Positions 1 through 10,461 are shown, counted from the first letter of the stretch. The stretch is DNA of 64,000 nt from Candidatus Nomurabacteria bacterium (GCA_943349945.1 CALQZS010000001.1:277953-341952); one strand, 5' to 3'. Translations and numbers: made by a program. Notes: generated by a model from the sequence alone, not told the origin.

Positions 1-1512
1 ACCTTTGCAAACACCGCAATCGCACCCTTATTGGTACCCATTGGGGTGGTGCTTGGTATTGCGGTGAACGTTTGCATGAGCATTGTGTTGGGAGGCCCTC
101 TTTTGTTTCTTTTGTGGCACTTTAAATTTTTTCATGCGGGATACCTACCAGGTTTTTTGGCAGAAATAACACCCGGTGTAGCAAATATACCCTTTTGGAC
201 TGGGTTGGTTGTTGCTTCAATACTGCGCACCAAAACATCAAAAGTAGTCAACACGGTTGCGGCAAGTACAGGATTGGCAGCGCTTTCTGGCGGGGCAGCA
301 GGGGCTTTGCGCAGTGTGCTGAACATACGGAACATAAATACACAAATTTTTGCTCAAAGTAACCCTGAGTTACTTACTCAGGCACAAAATGCCGCAGATG
401 CCGTACCAAAAGACACCCATCAACGCACCGCAAGCGCCCTTATCCAAAATATAGACGGCATCCGCGCACCAAAAAATAGCGGGAGACTTGGCAAAGCAGT
501 AGGAGCAGCACTTGTCCTGTGTTTGCTTTGGATCACGCCAGCACACGCGCAAGGTATTGTGCAGCAGCCAGACCCTGTGCAATACACGGTCATACCGGAA
601 ACACCCGGCCCAAATGAGCCTGTGCGCATTGTGGTAGACGGTATAGGAACATTTTTGGGCAACTCAATGGTAACTTGGCAGAAAAATGGTATCACCGTTG
701 CAAGCGGCGCAGGACTACGCTCGTATTCCTTTACAACCGGAGGAGTCGGGGAAGTAACGCGCATACGCGTGTCTGTTGCATCAACCGTGCACGGTACCAT
801 AACCCGCGAGTTTGTATTTTCTCCCTCGGTCGTACATTTGGTGTGGGAGGCAGACACAACCGTACCACCCTTTTATCAAGGCAAAGCGCTGTATACAGCC
901 GGGTCGCGCATCAAAGTAGCAGCCTTCCCAACAGTGCTGCTACAGGGCGCACGCGTACCAAGCAGCCAGATATCATTCCAGTGGCGACACAACGACGCAC
1001 TAGTGCCCGAGCAGTCGGGATTAGGCAAGAATACTTTTACCGTCTATGGCGACCAGCTACAAACTGGCGAAAATATAGTGGTGGATTTGTATATAAATAG
1101 CACCCTTGTAGGGCAAGGGCGTATTTTTATCCCCGCAGTTGAGCCGCAGGTGTTGGTATATAGCCGTGACCCATTACGTGGCCTCTTGCTCGACCAAGCA
1201 TTGTTTGGGAATGTGAATTTGAGCGGTAAAGAAGTAACGCTACAAGCTGAGCCATTCTTTTTTGCAAACATTAGCAAAATACGCGAGACTTTGAACTTTG
1301 CGTGGACATTGAATGACTTGGAGGCTACGGGGCCAGATAGTGCACGAGGGCTACTTACATTGCGTCAAACAGGCTCGGGGGCTGGGTTTGCGTCCGTTGG
1401 AGTATCGCTCCAAAATACCGACCTTGACCGTCTTATACAGTCTGCGGATACAGCGCTCGGCATCGCTTTTGGCCAAAATAATTCTCTTATTTCTAATCTA
1501 TTTGGGATATGA
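1..1512 (+). CDS. Hypothetical membrane/secreted protein, 5'-truncated by the window edge; hydrophobic N-part, internal signal-peptide-like segment, beta-rich C-part
   Basis: Frame open from base 1; >490 codons; TM-like helices, then VGAALVLCLLWITPAHAQ and a beta-strand-rich domain. Confidence 0.7.
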   Translation, partial: TFANTAIAPLLVPIGVVLGIAVNVCMSIVLGGPLLFLLWHFKFFHAGYLPGFLAEITPGVANIPFWTGLVVASILRTKTSKVVNTVAASTGLAALSGGAAGALRSVLNIRNINTQIFAQSNPELLTQAQNAADAVPKDTHQRTASALIQNIDGIRAPKNSGRLGKAVGAALVLCLLWITPAHAQGIVQQPDPVQYTVIPETPGPNEPVRIVVDGIGTFLGNSMVTWQKNGITVASGAGLRSYSFTTGGVGEVTRIRVSVASTVHGTITREFVFSPSVVHLVWEADTTVPPFYQGKALYTAGSRIKVAAFPTVLLQGARVPSSQISFQWRHNDALVPEQSGLGKNTFTVYGDQLQTGENIVVDLYINSTLVGQGRIFIPAVEPQVLVYSRDPLRGLLLDQALFGNVNLSGKEVTLQAEPFFFANISKIRETLNFAWTLNDLEATGPDSARGLLTLRQTGSGAGFASVGVSLQNTDLDRLIQSADTALGIAFGQNNSLISNLFGI

Positions 1513-2540
1513 GAAAAAACTTTTTAAGAATTTTATTCTATACAGCGTGTCTATTTTTTCTGCTACCACAAACGCACATATTGGCACAAAACGAAAGTGC
1601 GTGCGCCTCTGTGTCTGAAACCGTACCTGAGTTAACTGCCAACTGTGGTGCTTTTTATGACGCTTGTAATGCAAGTAACAGTGACCCCCAACAATGTTCT
1701 ATAAAATCAAGCTTGTATGTGCTTTTGCGGCACACCTATGATGTTTGTACAGGCTCTATACCCGCAGACTCAAGGATTAGTTGTGACAACTTTGATGAGG
1801 TGGCCGTACGTGCAGAGCTGAGAGAGTTATTTGGTTATCTAGAACCAAATAATACCGTGATAGACGTTGGCGCCCCCCCAAAAACTCCTACCCAACAAGG
1901 AGGCGCAGGAACCAATCAACCTTCAACAGGTACAGGGAATACTTCCGATTCAGGTACTGTGAACCAGGGAACTTTTGGTGGAGGCGCTGGTGCAGGAACG
2001 GGAGCGGTTAGAAAACAAGCAACGAGTGGAGGTGTCTTAAATTACACTCCTCTGGAGCCTTTGCCAGGGCTCGAAAATGTACAGTCTGGAAGACTCAACT
2101 TTGCAAATCTGCTTGAGAGCTTCTTTACTATTCTTATATCCATCGGCGGCCTGTTGGCCGTACTGATGCTGATTATTGGCGGTATCACCTACATGGTGTC
2201 GGACGTGGTGCACAAAAAAACAGCCGCGCTCAAGCGTATACAAGCCGCCATTTGGGGTATTTTGCTCTTGGTGGCATCATGGCTCATTTTAAATACCATC
2301 AACCCACAACTGCTAACCTTTAGCGCTTTGATACGACCTGCGCCGCCTCCATCAGCAAGCGGATTAAACACTGTAACTTCTGGTACTGTGGGAGAACTTA
2401 CCGTAGCTGACAATGACCCAAACAGAGACACGAAGCTACAGAGTTGGTGTCCAGGGGGACAAGCTCAACCTATAGGCGCACAGGACGATGAATTTGGTAA
2501 CCGGTTTTCGAATTATACCTGTACTCCGGCTGATAATTAA
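1509..2540 (+). CDS. Secreted/membrane protein with Cys-rich N-domain, Gly/Thr linker and CPR pilin-like (TrbC/VirB2-like) two-helix domain
   Basis: Signal peptide; YTPLEPLPG...LAVLMLIIGGITYM...AIWGILLLVASWLILNTINPQL pattern typical of CPR pilin-like proteins; ATGA overlap with upstream gene. Confidence 0.7.
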   Translation: MRKNFLRILFYTACLFFLLPQTHILAQNESACASVSETVPELTANCGAFYDACNASNSDPQQCSIKSSLYVLLRHTYDVCTGSIPADSRISCDNFDEVAVRAELRELFGYLEPNNTVIDVGAPPKTPTQQGGAGTNQPSTGTGNTSDSGTVNQGTFGGGAGAGTGAVRKQATSGGVLNYTPLEPLPGLENVQSGRLNFANLLESFFTILISIGGLLAVLMLIIGGITYMVSDVVHKKTAALKRIQAAIWGILLLVASWLILNTINPQLLTFSALIRPAPPPSASGLNTVTSGTVGELTVADNDPNRDTKLQSWCPGGQAQPIGAQDDEFGNRFSNYTCTPADN

Positions 2541-2549
2541 TACAAACAT

Positions 2550-3788
2550 ATGCAACTACCTTGGAAATCACTCGTAGCGGCCGCTGGCGTACTCATCTTA
2601 TTTGGTGTGGCGGTTTGGTTTTTCTTTTTGCGTGACACTCAGTCGGTCGTGCCAGTTGCCACTCCCCAAAGCAGCAACTTTACATCGGGCGCGGTAGTTA
2701 CCACTTCCACAACGCTGCCAGATGAAAACACCAGCAGCACCGAGGGTTCTTTTGGATATACCGGGACACAAAAAGTGTTTAAAATCGCAGACGGCCCCGT
2801 GGCAGCGGCTACGTTTATACAAACATTTAACCCCACCACGACCGTTGCCCGCTATGTGCAACAAAGCAACGGCCATGTGTTTGATATGCCCGTTGAAGTG
2901 CCAGGCAGTATGCCACGTGCAATATCAAACACCACCATCCCAGGCATCGCAAATGCACTCTGGGGCGAAGGCGGAAACTCGCTCATCCTCCAGTACCAAG
3001 AGGAGCGCCTAGTAAAAACACTCTATTTGGGGCTCCCACCACGAGCAACCAGCACACCAGGGTCATTGATAGCACCAAAAATACGCTTTTTGCCTGACAA
3101 CATTACCTCTGTCGCTCTGTCTCCCGACACCAAGCAAGTGGCCTATCTTTTGACCACCGCAAACGGGTCGAGTGGGTACGTTGCCAACATAGACGGCACC
3201 GCCAGTCGCTTGTTGTTTTCTCTACCTTTGGCCCAAGTGCGCCTTACGTGGCCAGCACAGGGGACACTGCTTGCACAAACTAAAGCAGCGACGGGCGTAC
3301 CGGGTATTGCCTTCTCTATTGCAGCACAAAGCGGTACAGTAACCCCGCTACTGCATGCACCGGGCTTGTCTGCTATTGCGGACGCTGCATTTGCAAAAAT
3401 TGTCTACCAAAACGCTACGCTTGCCGGAAAGAAAACATACGCACACGACGTGGTGAGTGGAGGGGACATACAGCTGTCATTCAACCCAATACCCGAAAAA
3501 TGTATCTGGGGCACGAGCGCAGCGTCACTCTTGTACTGCGCACTACCGCTGTCTTATACCGAGCCAAACTACCTTGATGCGTGGTATCGGGGCCTCGCGA
3601 GCGCGGCCGATAGCCTTTTGGCCATAAACATTGCTACTGGGGCGCGAATTATTATTGCCACACCTGGACTCAACGGCGGTGGCAAGCAGTCCGACATCAT
3701 AAGCCTATCTGTCGCACCAAAAGATGACTACCTTTCTTTTGTAGTAAAAGGGGACCGGTCGCTGTGGGGGGCACGACTCGTGCAGTAG
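2550..3788 (+). CDS. Membrane-anchored protein with probable beta-propeller (TolB/WD40-like) domain
   Basis: N-terminal TM, Thr/Ser linker, VALSPDTKQVAY and LSVAPKDDYLSF blade-like motifs. Confidence 0.65.
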   Translation: MQLPWKSLVAAAGVLILFGVAVWFFFLRDTQSVVPVATPQSSNFTSGAVVTTSTTLPDENTSSTEGSFGYTGTQKVFKIADGPVAAATFIQTFNPTTTVARYVQQSNGHVFDMPVEVPGSMPRAISNTTIPGIANALWGEGGNSLILQYQEERLVKTLYLGLPPRATSTPGSLIAPKIRFLPDNITSVALSPDTKQVAYLLTTANGSSGYVANIDGTASRLLFSLPLAQVRLTWPAQGTLLAQTKAATGVPGIAFSIAAQSGTVTPLLHAPGLSAIADAAFAKIVYQNATLAGKKTYAHDVVSGGDIQLSFNPIPEKCIWGTSAASLLYCALPLSYTEPNYLDAWYRGLASAADSLLAINIATGARIIIATPGLNGGGKQSDIISLSVAPKDDYLSFVVKGDRSLWGARLVQ

Positions 3789-3797
3789 TATAAAAAA

Positions 3798-4265
3798 CTA
3801 ACGCGGCGCAAGCACCACGTGGCGAAACTTGCCCTCGCCCTCGGAGCGCGTCTCTATGTCTGGATCGTTCGCAAAAAGTTCGTGTACCACCAACCGCTCG
3901 TAGGGATTCATAGGCTCCATCTCTACTTCTCGTTTAAACAGCCGGGCACGTTGAGCAAACATGCGTGCCGTGGCGCGCACCGACTCCATTTGGGCTTCGT
4001 GATAGCCATTTACATCGATCAAAAAGTTAGCAGCCTCTTCTCCGTGTTTTTGCTCTACCATGCGGCGCAGTAGGGTGTTAAGCGCGCGCAAATGGTCGCC
4101 GTTTGGGCCTATAAAAAGCTCAGCGTCGCTCGAGCGTATAGAAATAGTGGTGCGGCCGGGACGTGTTGTAGATGCCGGTCCCACAGACACCTCTGTGCTG
4201 TCTACCGCTAGGTCGAGTAGCCCCACCGCATGCGTAACCCACTCTTTCAGTGCATCGGGACTCAT
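3798..4265 (-). CDS. jag: Jag/KhpB-family KH + R3H RNA-binding protein (short form)
   Basis: IGPNGDHLRAL KH motif, MNPYERLVVHE R3H motif, SEGEG; synteny with yidC-rnpA-rpmH. Confidence 0.85.
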   Translation of the reverse strand: MSPDALKEWVTHAVGLLDLAVDSTEVSVGPASTTRPGRTTISIRSSDAELFIGPNGDHLRALNTLLRRMVEQKHGEEAANFLIDVNGYHEAQMESVRATARMFAQRARLFKREVEMEPMNPYERLVVHELFANDPDIETRSEGEGKFRHVVLAPR

Positions 4266-4300
4266 AGAGCCACAATACTCTAGCTGGGGGGCAGTAGCAA

Positions 4301-5017
4301 CTATTTAGTTGGTTGTCGGCGAATTATCCACTCTTGACCCAAAGAAAGGAGGTTGGTGGTCGCAAAATAGAGCCCCGCAGCAGCTGGAAGAGAGTAGGAC
4401 ACCACAGCCATAAGTGCCGGCAAGAAGTACAACATGAGGTACTTTTGCATCTTTTGCGCCATTTCTTTTTCAGGTGCAAGTGGTTTTTTGCCCGCCTGCT
4501 GCATCCGCCCCAGAGAGAGCATAACCACCCCATACTGCAGCCCTCCAACCAAAAGCGAGAGTATGATGTTGTGTGGTGTCAGCAAGTTTACAAACCCCAA
4601 AAACATAGTGTCTACAAGTGCTGGAGCCTGTACAAACGAGTACAAAAGGTCGGTTGCGATGTTTGGCAAACCTTCTTTAAAGAAGGCAAAGTATAGGGCG
4701 ATAAAGACGGGGATTTGTACCAAAAGTGCCAAAAAACCACTAAAAGGGCGTATTTTGTGCTCTTTAAATAGAGCCATGGTGCGGCGCGCGCGTTCTTCTG
4801 GCTTGTCTTTGTATGTGGTGTTTATCTCATCCACCTCGCCTTGTATGGCCTGCATGCCCATCTGAGTGCGGATAGAGGCGGTAAATGCAGGATAAAACAG
4901 GATGCGCATAATAAGCGTCATCAAAATAATTGCGAACCCAACATCACCGCCCGGCATAATACTGATTAGGTATATAAATCCGTTGTATATGGGCTGTGTC
5001 AAAAATGTTTCAAACAT
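4301..5017 (-). CDS. yidC: Membrane protein insertase YidC/Oxa1
   Basis: GFAIILMTLIMRILFYP, LLVQIPVFIALY, PAAAGLYFATTNLLSLGQ. Confidence 0.93.
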   Translation of the reverse strand: MFETFLTQPIYNGFIYLISIMPGGDVGFAIILMTLIMRILFYPAFTASIRTQMGMQAIQGEVDEINTTYKDKPEERARRTMALFKEHKIRPFSGFLALLVQIPVFIALYFAFFKEGLPNIATDLLYSFVQAPALVDTMFLGFVNLLTPHNIILSLLVGGLQYGVVMLSLGRMQQAGKKPLAPEKEMAQKMQKYLMLYFLPALMAVVSYSLPAAAGLYFATTNLLSLGQEWIIRRQPTK

Positions 5018-5020
5018 ATA

Positions 5021-5335
5021 TTAGGTGCTTTTTTTGAGTAATGTTGCCAAGTCGGCAGCAAATGCCTCGGTAAGTGGCGGGGAAGGGATTTTTTGCACAA
5101 AAACGACTATTTCTCCGGTTCCGGCAACTGGCATGAGCGCCCGATAGACTGCACGGCGCAGCCGATTACGAACTACTGCCTTCTTTGCTACCGCCTTGGA
5201 TACCACGACCGCAGCACGCAGGCTCGTGGTGCCTGGGAGGTGTTTGAGTGATATATACATGGCCCGGCTTGAGCGGCCTCGAGCCAGCACATGCCGAACC
5301 TCTGCTGCGGCAAGGCGCCGCTGTTTGGCAAGCAT
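5021..5335 (-). CDS. rnpA: Ribonuclease P protein component
   Basis: VVSKAVAKKAVVRNRLRR RNR motif; position between rpmH and yidC. Confidence 0.92.
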   Translation of the reverse strand: MLAKQRRLAAAEVRHVLARGRSSRAMYISLKHLPGTTSLRAAVVVSKAVAKKAVVRNRLRRAVYRALMPVAGTGEIVVFVQKIPSPPLTEAFAADLATLLKKST

Positions 5336-5344
5336 ACGTAACTA

Positions 5345-5479
5345 TTAGACGGACAGCTTTGCCCGGCCCTTGCGCCGTCGGCGCAGAATGGTCTTTTTGC
5401 CTCCCGCAGTGCTGGTACGCTTCAAAAACCCGTGTGCACGGGCGCGTTTGCGCTTTTTTGGCTGGTACGTCTGTGACAT
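5345..5479 (-). CDS. rpmH: 50S ribosomal protein L34 (not in the ORF track)
   Basis: Manual translation [44 protein letters not shown]. Confidence 0.97.
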   Translation of the reverse strand: MSQTYQPKKRKRARAHGFLKRTSTAGGKKTILRRRRKGRAKLSV

Positions 5480-5583
5480 GGGTCAAATATACCGTATCCC
5501 TACCTTGTGCACAACTTGTGTACAAAGGCGACACTTTTGACGCATGGGTCTCACTCGCGTATCCTTACCTGTACCTACTTCCC

Positions 5584-6921
5584 ATGACTACTACAAAAGA
5601 ACTTTGGGAAAACGCGCTTGTTGAGCTTGAGCTCACCATTTCTAAACCAAATTTCAACACTTGGTTTAAAGATACGCACGTAGTGCGTGTTGAAGATGGG
5701 GTGGTGTACCTGGGGGTGCCGAGTCAGTTTGCTAGAGACTGGCTTTCGACCAAATTTCATAAGGATATATTGCGGTCGCTGCGTGGACTCTCCGACAGTG
5801 TGCGCTCGGTCGAGTACGTTATATCGCGCGGGGTCAAAAAAACGGACGAACCAAAAACTGTCCCCTCGGCACCGTCGGAGTTGCCGCTCGAGAACGTACA
5901 CGCAAAAACCAACCTAAACCCACGGTTTACCCTACAAACGTTCATCGTAGGACCCTTTAACGAGCTTGCGCATGCGGCAGCCCAAGCGGTTATCCGCAAA
6001 CCCGGCATCGCCTACAACCCACTCCTTATCTACGGCCCAACGGGCCTTGGCAAAACACACCTTATACAGTCGATAGGGAACCACTTCCGCATCAATGCAC
6101 CCGACCGTAAAGTGCAGTATGTAACGTCGGAGAAGTTTTCGATGGACTATGTTTCGTCTATACAGTCGGGCAAAATACAGAGTTTTAAAGAAAAATATCG
6201 CCAATACGACCTCCTTATCATGGATGACGTGCAATTTTTGGCGAAAATGGAAAAAACAAAAGAAGAGTTCTTTCATTTGTTTAATTACCTCCACGACGGC
6301 AACAAACAGCTGGTTTTTTCATCCGACCAACACCCAAACGTTATACAAAACCTAGAAGACAGGCTTAAATCGCGCTTTAGCGCCGGAATGATTGTTTCGG
6401 TGACCCCACCAGACCACGAGTCGCGTCTTGCTATAGTGCGCTCTAAAGCATCTGCCCATGGCGTGGTGTTGCCTGACGAAGTATTAGAGTACCTTGCGAC
6501 CGCGGTCGAGGGGAACGTTCGCGAACTTGAGGGAGCACTCAATCTTCTGCTTATTCAATTAGAAATCCGCACAGAACCTCTGACTATAAACGATGCTAAA
6601 ACACTGCTTCGCGGTGCAAGCAATATGACCAGGAAAAGCGTGTCTGTGCAGGAAGTGGTCAAAACCATTGCCGGTTTTTATGGCGTAGAGGAGGGGAGTA
6701 TCTATGAAAAAACCCGCCGAAAAGAGGTAGTGCGTCCACGGCAAGTGATTATGTTTTTATTGCGCGAAGACTTTAAAATATCGTTCCCCACTATTGGGGA
6801 AAAACTAGGAGGGCGCGACCACACCACTGTTATCCATTCTTGCGAAAAAATCCGCACCAACATACAAACCGACAGTGTTTTGTCCCAAGAATTACAGCAA
6901 ATCCGACTCATGTTGAAATGA
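5584..6921 (+). CDS. dnaA: Chromosomal replication initiator DnaA
   Basis: YNPLLIYGPTGLGKTHL Walker A, LLIMDDVQFL, GGRDHTTVIHS; start set at MTTTKELW. Confidence 0.98.
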   Translation: MTTTKELWENALVELELTISKPNFNTWFKDTHVVRVEDGVVYLGVPSQFARDWLSTKFHKDILRSLRGLSDSVRSVEYVISRGVKKTDEPKTVPSAPSELPLENVHAKTNLNPRFTLQTFIVGPFNELAHAAAQAVIRKPGIAYNPLLIYGPTGLGKTHLIQSIGNHFRINAPDRKVQYVTSEKFSMDYVSSIQSGKIQSFKEKYRQYDLLIMDDVQFLAKMEKTKEEFFHLFNYLHDGNKQLVFSSDQHPNVIQNLEDRLKSRFSAGMIVSVTPPDHESRLAIVRSKASAHGVVLPDEVLEYLATAVEGNVRELEGALNLLLIQLEIRTEPLTINDAKTLLRGASNMTRKSVSVQEVVKTIAGFYGVEEGSIYEKTRRKEVVRPRQVIMFLLREDFKISFPTIGEKLGGRDHTTVIHSCEKIRTNIQTDSVLSQELQQIRLMLK

Positions 6922-7123
6922 TGTGGATAAGTGGCAGAATAACCTATGGAGATATGTTGAAAACAAATGCACAGAATTGTTATCCCCAGAGGAAGTTGTT
7001 AGTTACACACAGGTATTCCGGGCAAAAAAATCCTTAAAAACAGCTTCACAGCAACAAACTAACGACTTATCCGAGTAATCCACAGCCTTAGTAGTAGTAA
7101 AAAGCTTTTATAAACAGAGACTT
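6922..7123. promoter_or_regulatory. Replication origin oriC with DnaA boxes and trinucleotide-repeat unwinding element
   Basis: TGTGGATAA 6922-6930 (perfect box), TTATCCCCA 6980-6988, TTACACACA 7003-7011, TAATCCACA 7076-7084 followed by GCCT-TAGTAGTAGTAA; dnaA-dnaN intergenic. Confidence 0.85.
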
Positions 7124-8221
7124 ATGAAATTTGAAACAAGTACAGAACAACTTTTTACAGCAACGACTATAGCGAGTCGCTTTGCTGAAAAGCGTGCAAA
7201 CCTGCCAGTGCTGCAGAGTGTGCTTTTAGTTGCTGAAGGTGGGCGCTTGTCTCTGCGCGCCACAAACCTTGAGTGCGGTGTCGAGATTATTGTTCCTGCA
7301 AAAGTTACGACGGAGGGTGTAGTGGCTATACCCGCGGGCGTGCTCAGTGGTTTTTTAAGCAATGCGCGTGGCAAGGTTGTTTCGGGAGTGCTTGAGGGTG
7401 AGGTGTTTAAAATAGAAGCTGAGCGCGCTGCAGCGTCGATGAAAACCATTCCGCACGAGGATTTCCCCTTGTTGCCACGAGTATCTGCAGAAAAAGCCTT
7501 TACGGTTAAAAGCAGCGACCTGTCTCGCGCGATACGCAATGTTGCATACTGTGCATCGACCTCGGCGGTTAAGCCAGAGCTACAGAGCGTGCTGCTGCAA
7601 GGAGAGGGTGGAAAGTTGCTTGTTGCCGCTACCGACTCATTTCGGTTGGCAGAAAAATCTATATCACTGCGCTCTGGTGGGTCGGTGCCACAACTCCTGC
7701 TCCCTGCACGCAATGCGGCAGAGCTTATGCGCATTTTGGACACTACAAACGGCGATGTAGAGGTGTATTACAACGAAAATCAGATATCTACCCACGTCGA
7801 CAATACCTACTACACCAGCCGGCTTATAGATGGCACGTTCCCCAACTATCACCAAATAATCCCCAAAACATTTTTGACCGAGGCTGTGGTGCTCAGAGAA
7901 GATCTGTCCGCGTCGCTTAAATCGTTGTCGGTGTTTGCTGATAAATTTTCGCAAGTATCGCTGGCAATAGATCCGGTAAAGAAAACCATACTCCTGTCTT
8001 CTAGAAATCCTGATGTGGGCGAGCAAACCAGCTCTTTGCGCGCAACTATAGTGGGAGAAGAAACAACCATGTCGTTTAATGGTCGTTATTTGGCAGACAG
8101 TCTGCAGGCTATAACAGGGGAGAGTGTTCGACTGCACGCCAACGGCGCGGGCAAGCCCATGCTTATTAAAGACGCAGTAGACGAATCGTTCTTCTACTTG
8201 GCGATGCCGATGAATCGCTAA
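7124..8221 (+). CDS. dnaN: DNA polymerase III beta sliding clamp
   Basis: ATNLE, ATDSFRLAEK, SRLIDGTFPNY, C-terminal LAMPM. Confidence 0.97.
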   Translation: MKFETSTEQLFTATTIASRFAEKRANLPVLQSVLLVAEGGRLSLRATNLECGVEIIVPAKVTTEGVVAIPAGVLSGFLSNARGKVVSGVLEGEVFKIEAERAAASMKTIPHEDFPLLPRVSAEKAFTVKSSDLSRAIRNVAYCASTSAVKPELQSVLLQGEGGKLLVAATDSFRLAEKSISLRSGGSVPQLLLPARNAAELMRILDTTNGDVEVYYNENQISTHVDNTYYTSRLIDGTFPNYHQIIPKTFLTEAVVLREDLSASLKSLSVFADKFSQVSLAIDPVKKTILLSSRNPDVGEQTSSLRATIVGEETTMSFNGRYLADSLQAITGESVRLHANGAGKPMLIKDAVDESFFYLAMPMNR

Positions 8222-10393
8222 CTACTGTCCAGTTTGTGGACCGCCCGGTGGGTAGGGTGAGGTTGGCACTACACCACCGCGTGATTGCATCCAGGATTGC
8301 ACAGGAGCATCCCAAAAAACAAATTGTGGGTCTTGTGCCGGATTGGATGGTACAGCTCCTAGCGGGTCATTTTTGTCGACCCAGTAGAGTATTTCGTGCA
8401 CCTTGCCGTCATCTCCTTGTGTTTGCCACATGCCACGTATTGCAGGTTTACCGCTTTGGTTTGGATCTTCGCTGCGCGTAAACGCACTTGCAGGCTGTTT
8501 GCCTAGTGCGTACTGCATCACATCGTGCCACATAGGGCCCACAATAAGGCCCGAAACTTTTTTAACCATAGAGGAATTGTCGTTGTTGCCTGCCCAGATG
8601 CCCAAAACAAAGTTGGGGGTATACCCAATGGTCCATGCGTCGCGGTAGTCGTTGGTGGTACCGGTTTTGACCGCTACGTCATAGCCAGGGAACTGCAAAG
8701 CGGAGTTTGCCCCAAGTGGTGCGCGGGCAACAGAGTCTGACAACACATCATTTATCTTTTCTGCTACTGAAGGTGTGAGTATCTGTGTGCCTATAGGTTG
8801 AGTATTGTCTTCGATAATAGTGCCCGCACGGTCTTTAACCTGCAGCACGGGGGTTGGTTGGTAGCGAGTGCCTCCATTGGCAAACACGCCGTATGCGCTG
8901 GTCATATCGAGCAAGGTTACCTCACCACCTCCAAGTACTAGGGTAAGGCCATAGCGGTCGGCGCTACCAAGTGTGGAGATGCCCATAGATTTTGCCAAGC
9001 GAAGAGTGTCGTTTATGCCTGCAAGATAGAGCACTTTGACTGCAGGGATGTTTATGGACTGTGCAAGCGCGTCGCGTAGCGTCATCGGCCCGCGGAAGAT
9101 ATTATCGTAGTTTACCGGAGAGTAACACCCCTCGGTGTCGCCATAGTCGTATGGAGAACAGTTGGTAGAAAATTGCGTCTCTAGGTCAAACAAAACAGTA
9201 TCGGGTTGGTAGCCTTTTTCAAACGCTTTTGCATAGGCAAAGGGCTTAAATGCAGACCCAGGTTGGCGTGTGGCGAGCGCGATGTTGAAGTTGCCATCTA
9301 TTTCGGTGTCAAAATAGTCGCGCGACCCAACCATCATAAGTATCTGGCCGTTGTTTGGGTCTATTGCCACCATGCCCGTGTTCGAAGCGTTGAAGCTTGT
9401 TTGGTTGCTCTGTGCTTTTGCCTGTACCACTCCTTCTGCGTGTACCTGTAGGTCGGCGTCGAGTGTGGTGATGACACTCCAGCCGCCACGCTCAAGCGCA
9501 TCTTCGCCGTACTTGTCCTCCAAATACTGCTGCACATAGAACACAAAGTGAGGGGCTTGGATGGATGATGCACGCGGCACCACAAAGTGCACCCCTGTAG
9601 CCTTCGCTGTTTCCATTTGTTCTTTGGTGATGTAGCCGTGCTCGTGCATTTTGTCGAGCACTAGGTTTTTGCGCTTATCCAAAGCATCTTTGTGGTTGCC
9701 GTACGGCGAGTAATAGGTCGGTGCGGGCATAACTGCGGCTAGGTAGGCTGCCTCGGGCAGGGTAACCTCGCTTGCATGTTTGCCAAAGAAAGTCTCGCTT
9801 GCTTGCTCGGCGCCGTACACGCTGCCTCCGTAGGGGATTTGATTTAAATACAGACCCAAAATCTGCTCCTTGCTGAGCACACGCTCTAGCTTTATAGACA
9901 ATACCCATTCTTTAAGTTTGCGGGATATGGTTTTTTCGGTAGTCAGAATGGACCCTTTAACCACCTGCTGCGTTATGGTGGAGCCGCCTTGGGTTAGACC
10001 TGTGCCGGTCAAAATAACCTGTATGTCTGCCAATATAGCGCGCACAATAGCCGTTGGTTGGATACCTTTGTGCTGGTAAAACCCTGGGTCTTCTATGGCC
10101 AAAGTTGCCTGTTTTATGTAAGGAGATATTTCGTCGAGCGACACAATGGTGCGACGCTCGTTTTTGTTGAGGTCATACAAAAGTGTGGTGCCGGTGCGGT
10201 CGTATATTTTGACCGACTGCTCTATCCGGCGCGTCTCTATAGACGACAAGTCGGGGACTTGCAGGGTTGCTGCCCACAGAAAGAATCCGCCAACCGCCAA
10301 AAGAGAAAAACTGACGCCCCACACCAAAAGCCCAAACCAGTGACGACGGATAAAACGACCAACACTGCGGGCGACCGTAAGGAGTTTTGCCAT
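8222..10393 (-). CDS. Class A penicillin-binding protein (PBP1A family, transglycosylase-transpeptidase)
   Basis: AIEDPGFY, GGSTITQQ, RKLKE, RQPGSAFKPF (SxxK), SIN, KTGTT; start at MAKLL chosen from upstream -10 motif. Confidence 0.93.
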   Translation of the reverse strand: MAKLLTVARSVGRFIRRHWFGLLVWGVSFSLLAVGGFFLWAATLQVPDLSSIETRRIEQSVKIYDRTGTTLLYDLNKNERRTIVSLDEISPYIKQATLAIEDPGFYQHKGIQPTAIVRAILADIQVILTGTGLTQGGSTITQQVVKGSILTTEKTISRKLKEWVLSIKLERVLSKEQILGLYLNQIPYGGSVYGAEQASETFFGKHASEVTLPEAAYLAAVMPAPTYYSPYGNHKDALDKRKNLVLDKMHEHGYITKEQMETAKATGVHFVVPRASSIQAPHFVFYVQQYLEDKYGEDALERGGWSVITTLDADLQVHAEGVVQAKAQSNQTSFNASNTGMVAIDPNNGQILMMVGSRDYFDTEIDGNFNIALATRQPGSAFKPFAYAKAFEKGYQPDTVLFDLETQFSTNCSPYDYGDTEGCYSPVNYDNIFRGPMTLRDALAQSINIPAVKVLYLAGINDTLRLAKSMGISTLGSADRYGLTLVLGGGEVTLLDMTSAYGVFANGGTRYQPTPVLQVKDRAGTIIEDNTQPIGTQILTPSVAEKINDVLSDSVARAPLGANSALQFPGYDVAVKTGTTNDYRDAWTIGYTPNFVLGIWAGNNDNSSMVKKVSGLIVGPMWHDVMQYALGKQPASAFTRSEDPNQSGKPAIRGMWQTQGDDGKVHEILYWVDKNDPLGAVPSNPAQDPQFVFWDAPVQSWMQSRGGVVPTSPYPPGGPQTGQ

Positions 10394-10461
10394 AAAGGCC
10401 ATTTTACCACACCGCCACAACATTTCTACTGCCATGGCTAGTGTGGTAGAGTGTTGCGTAT

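Noticed and set aside
5248-5583. 112-aa N-terminal extension of DnaA in the ORF track
   Set aside because: Overlaps rnpA and rpmH on the opposite strand; DnaA homology starts at MTTTKELW (5584)
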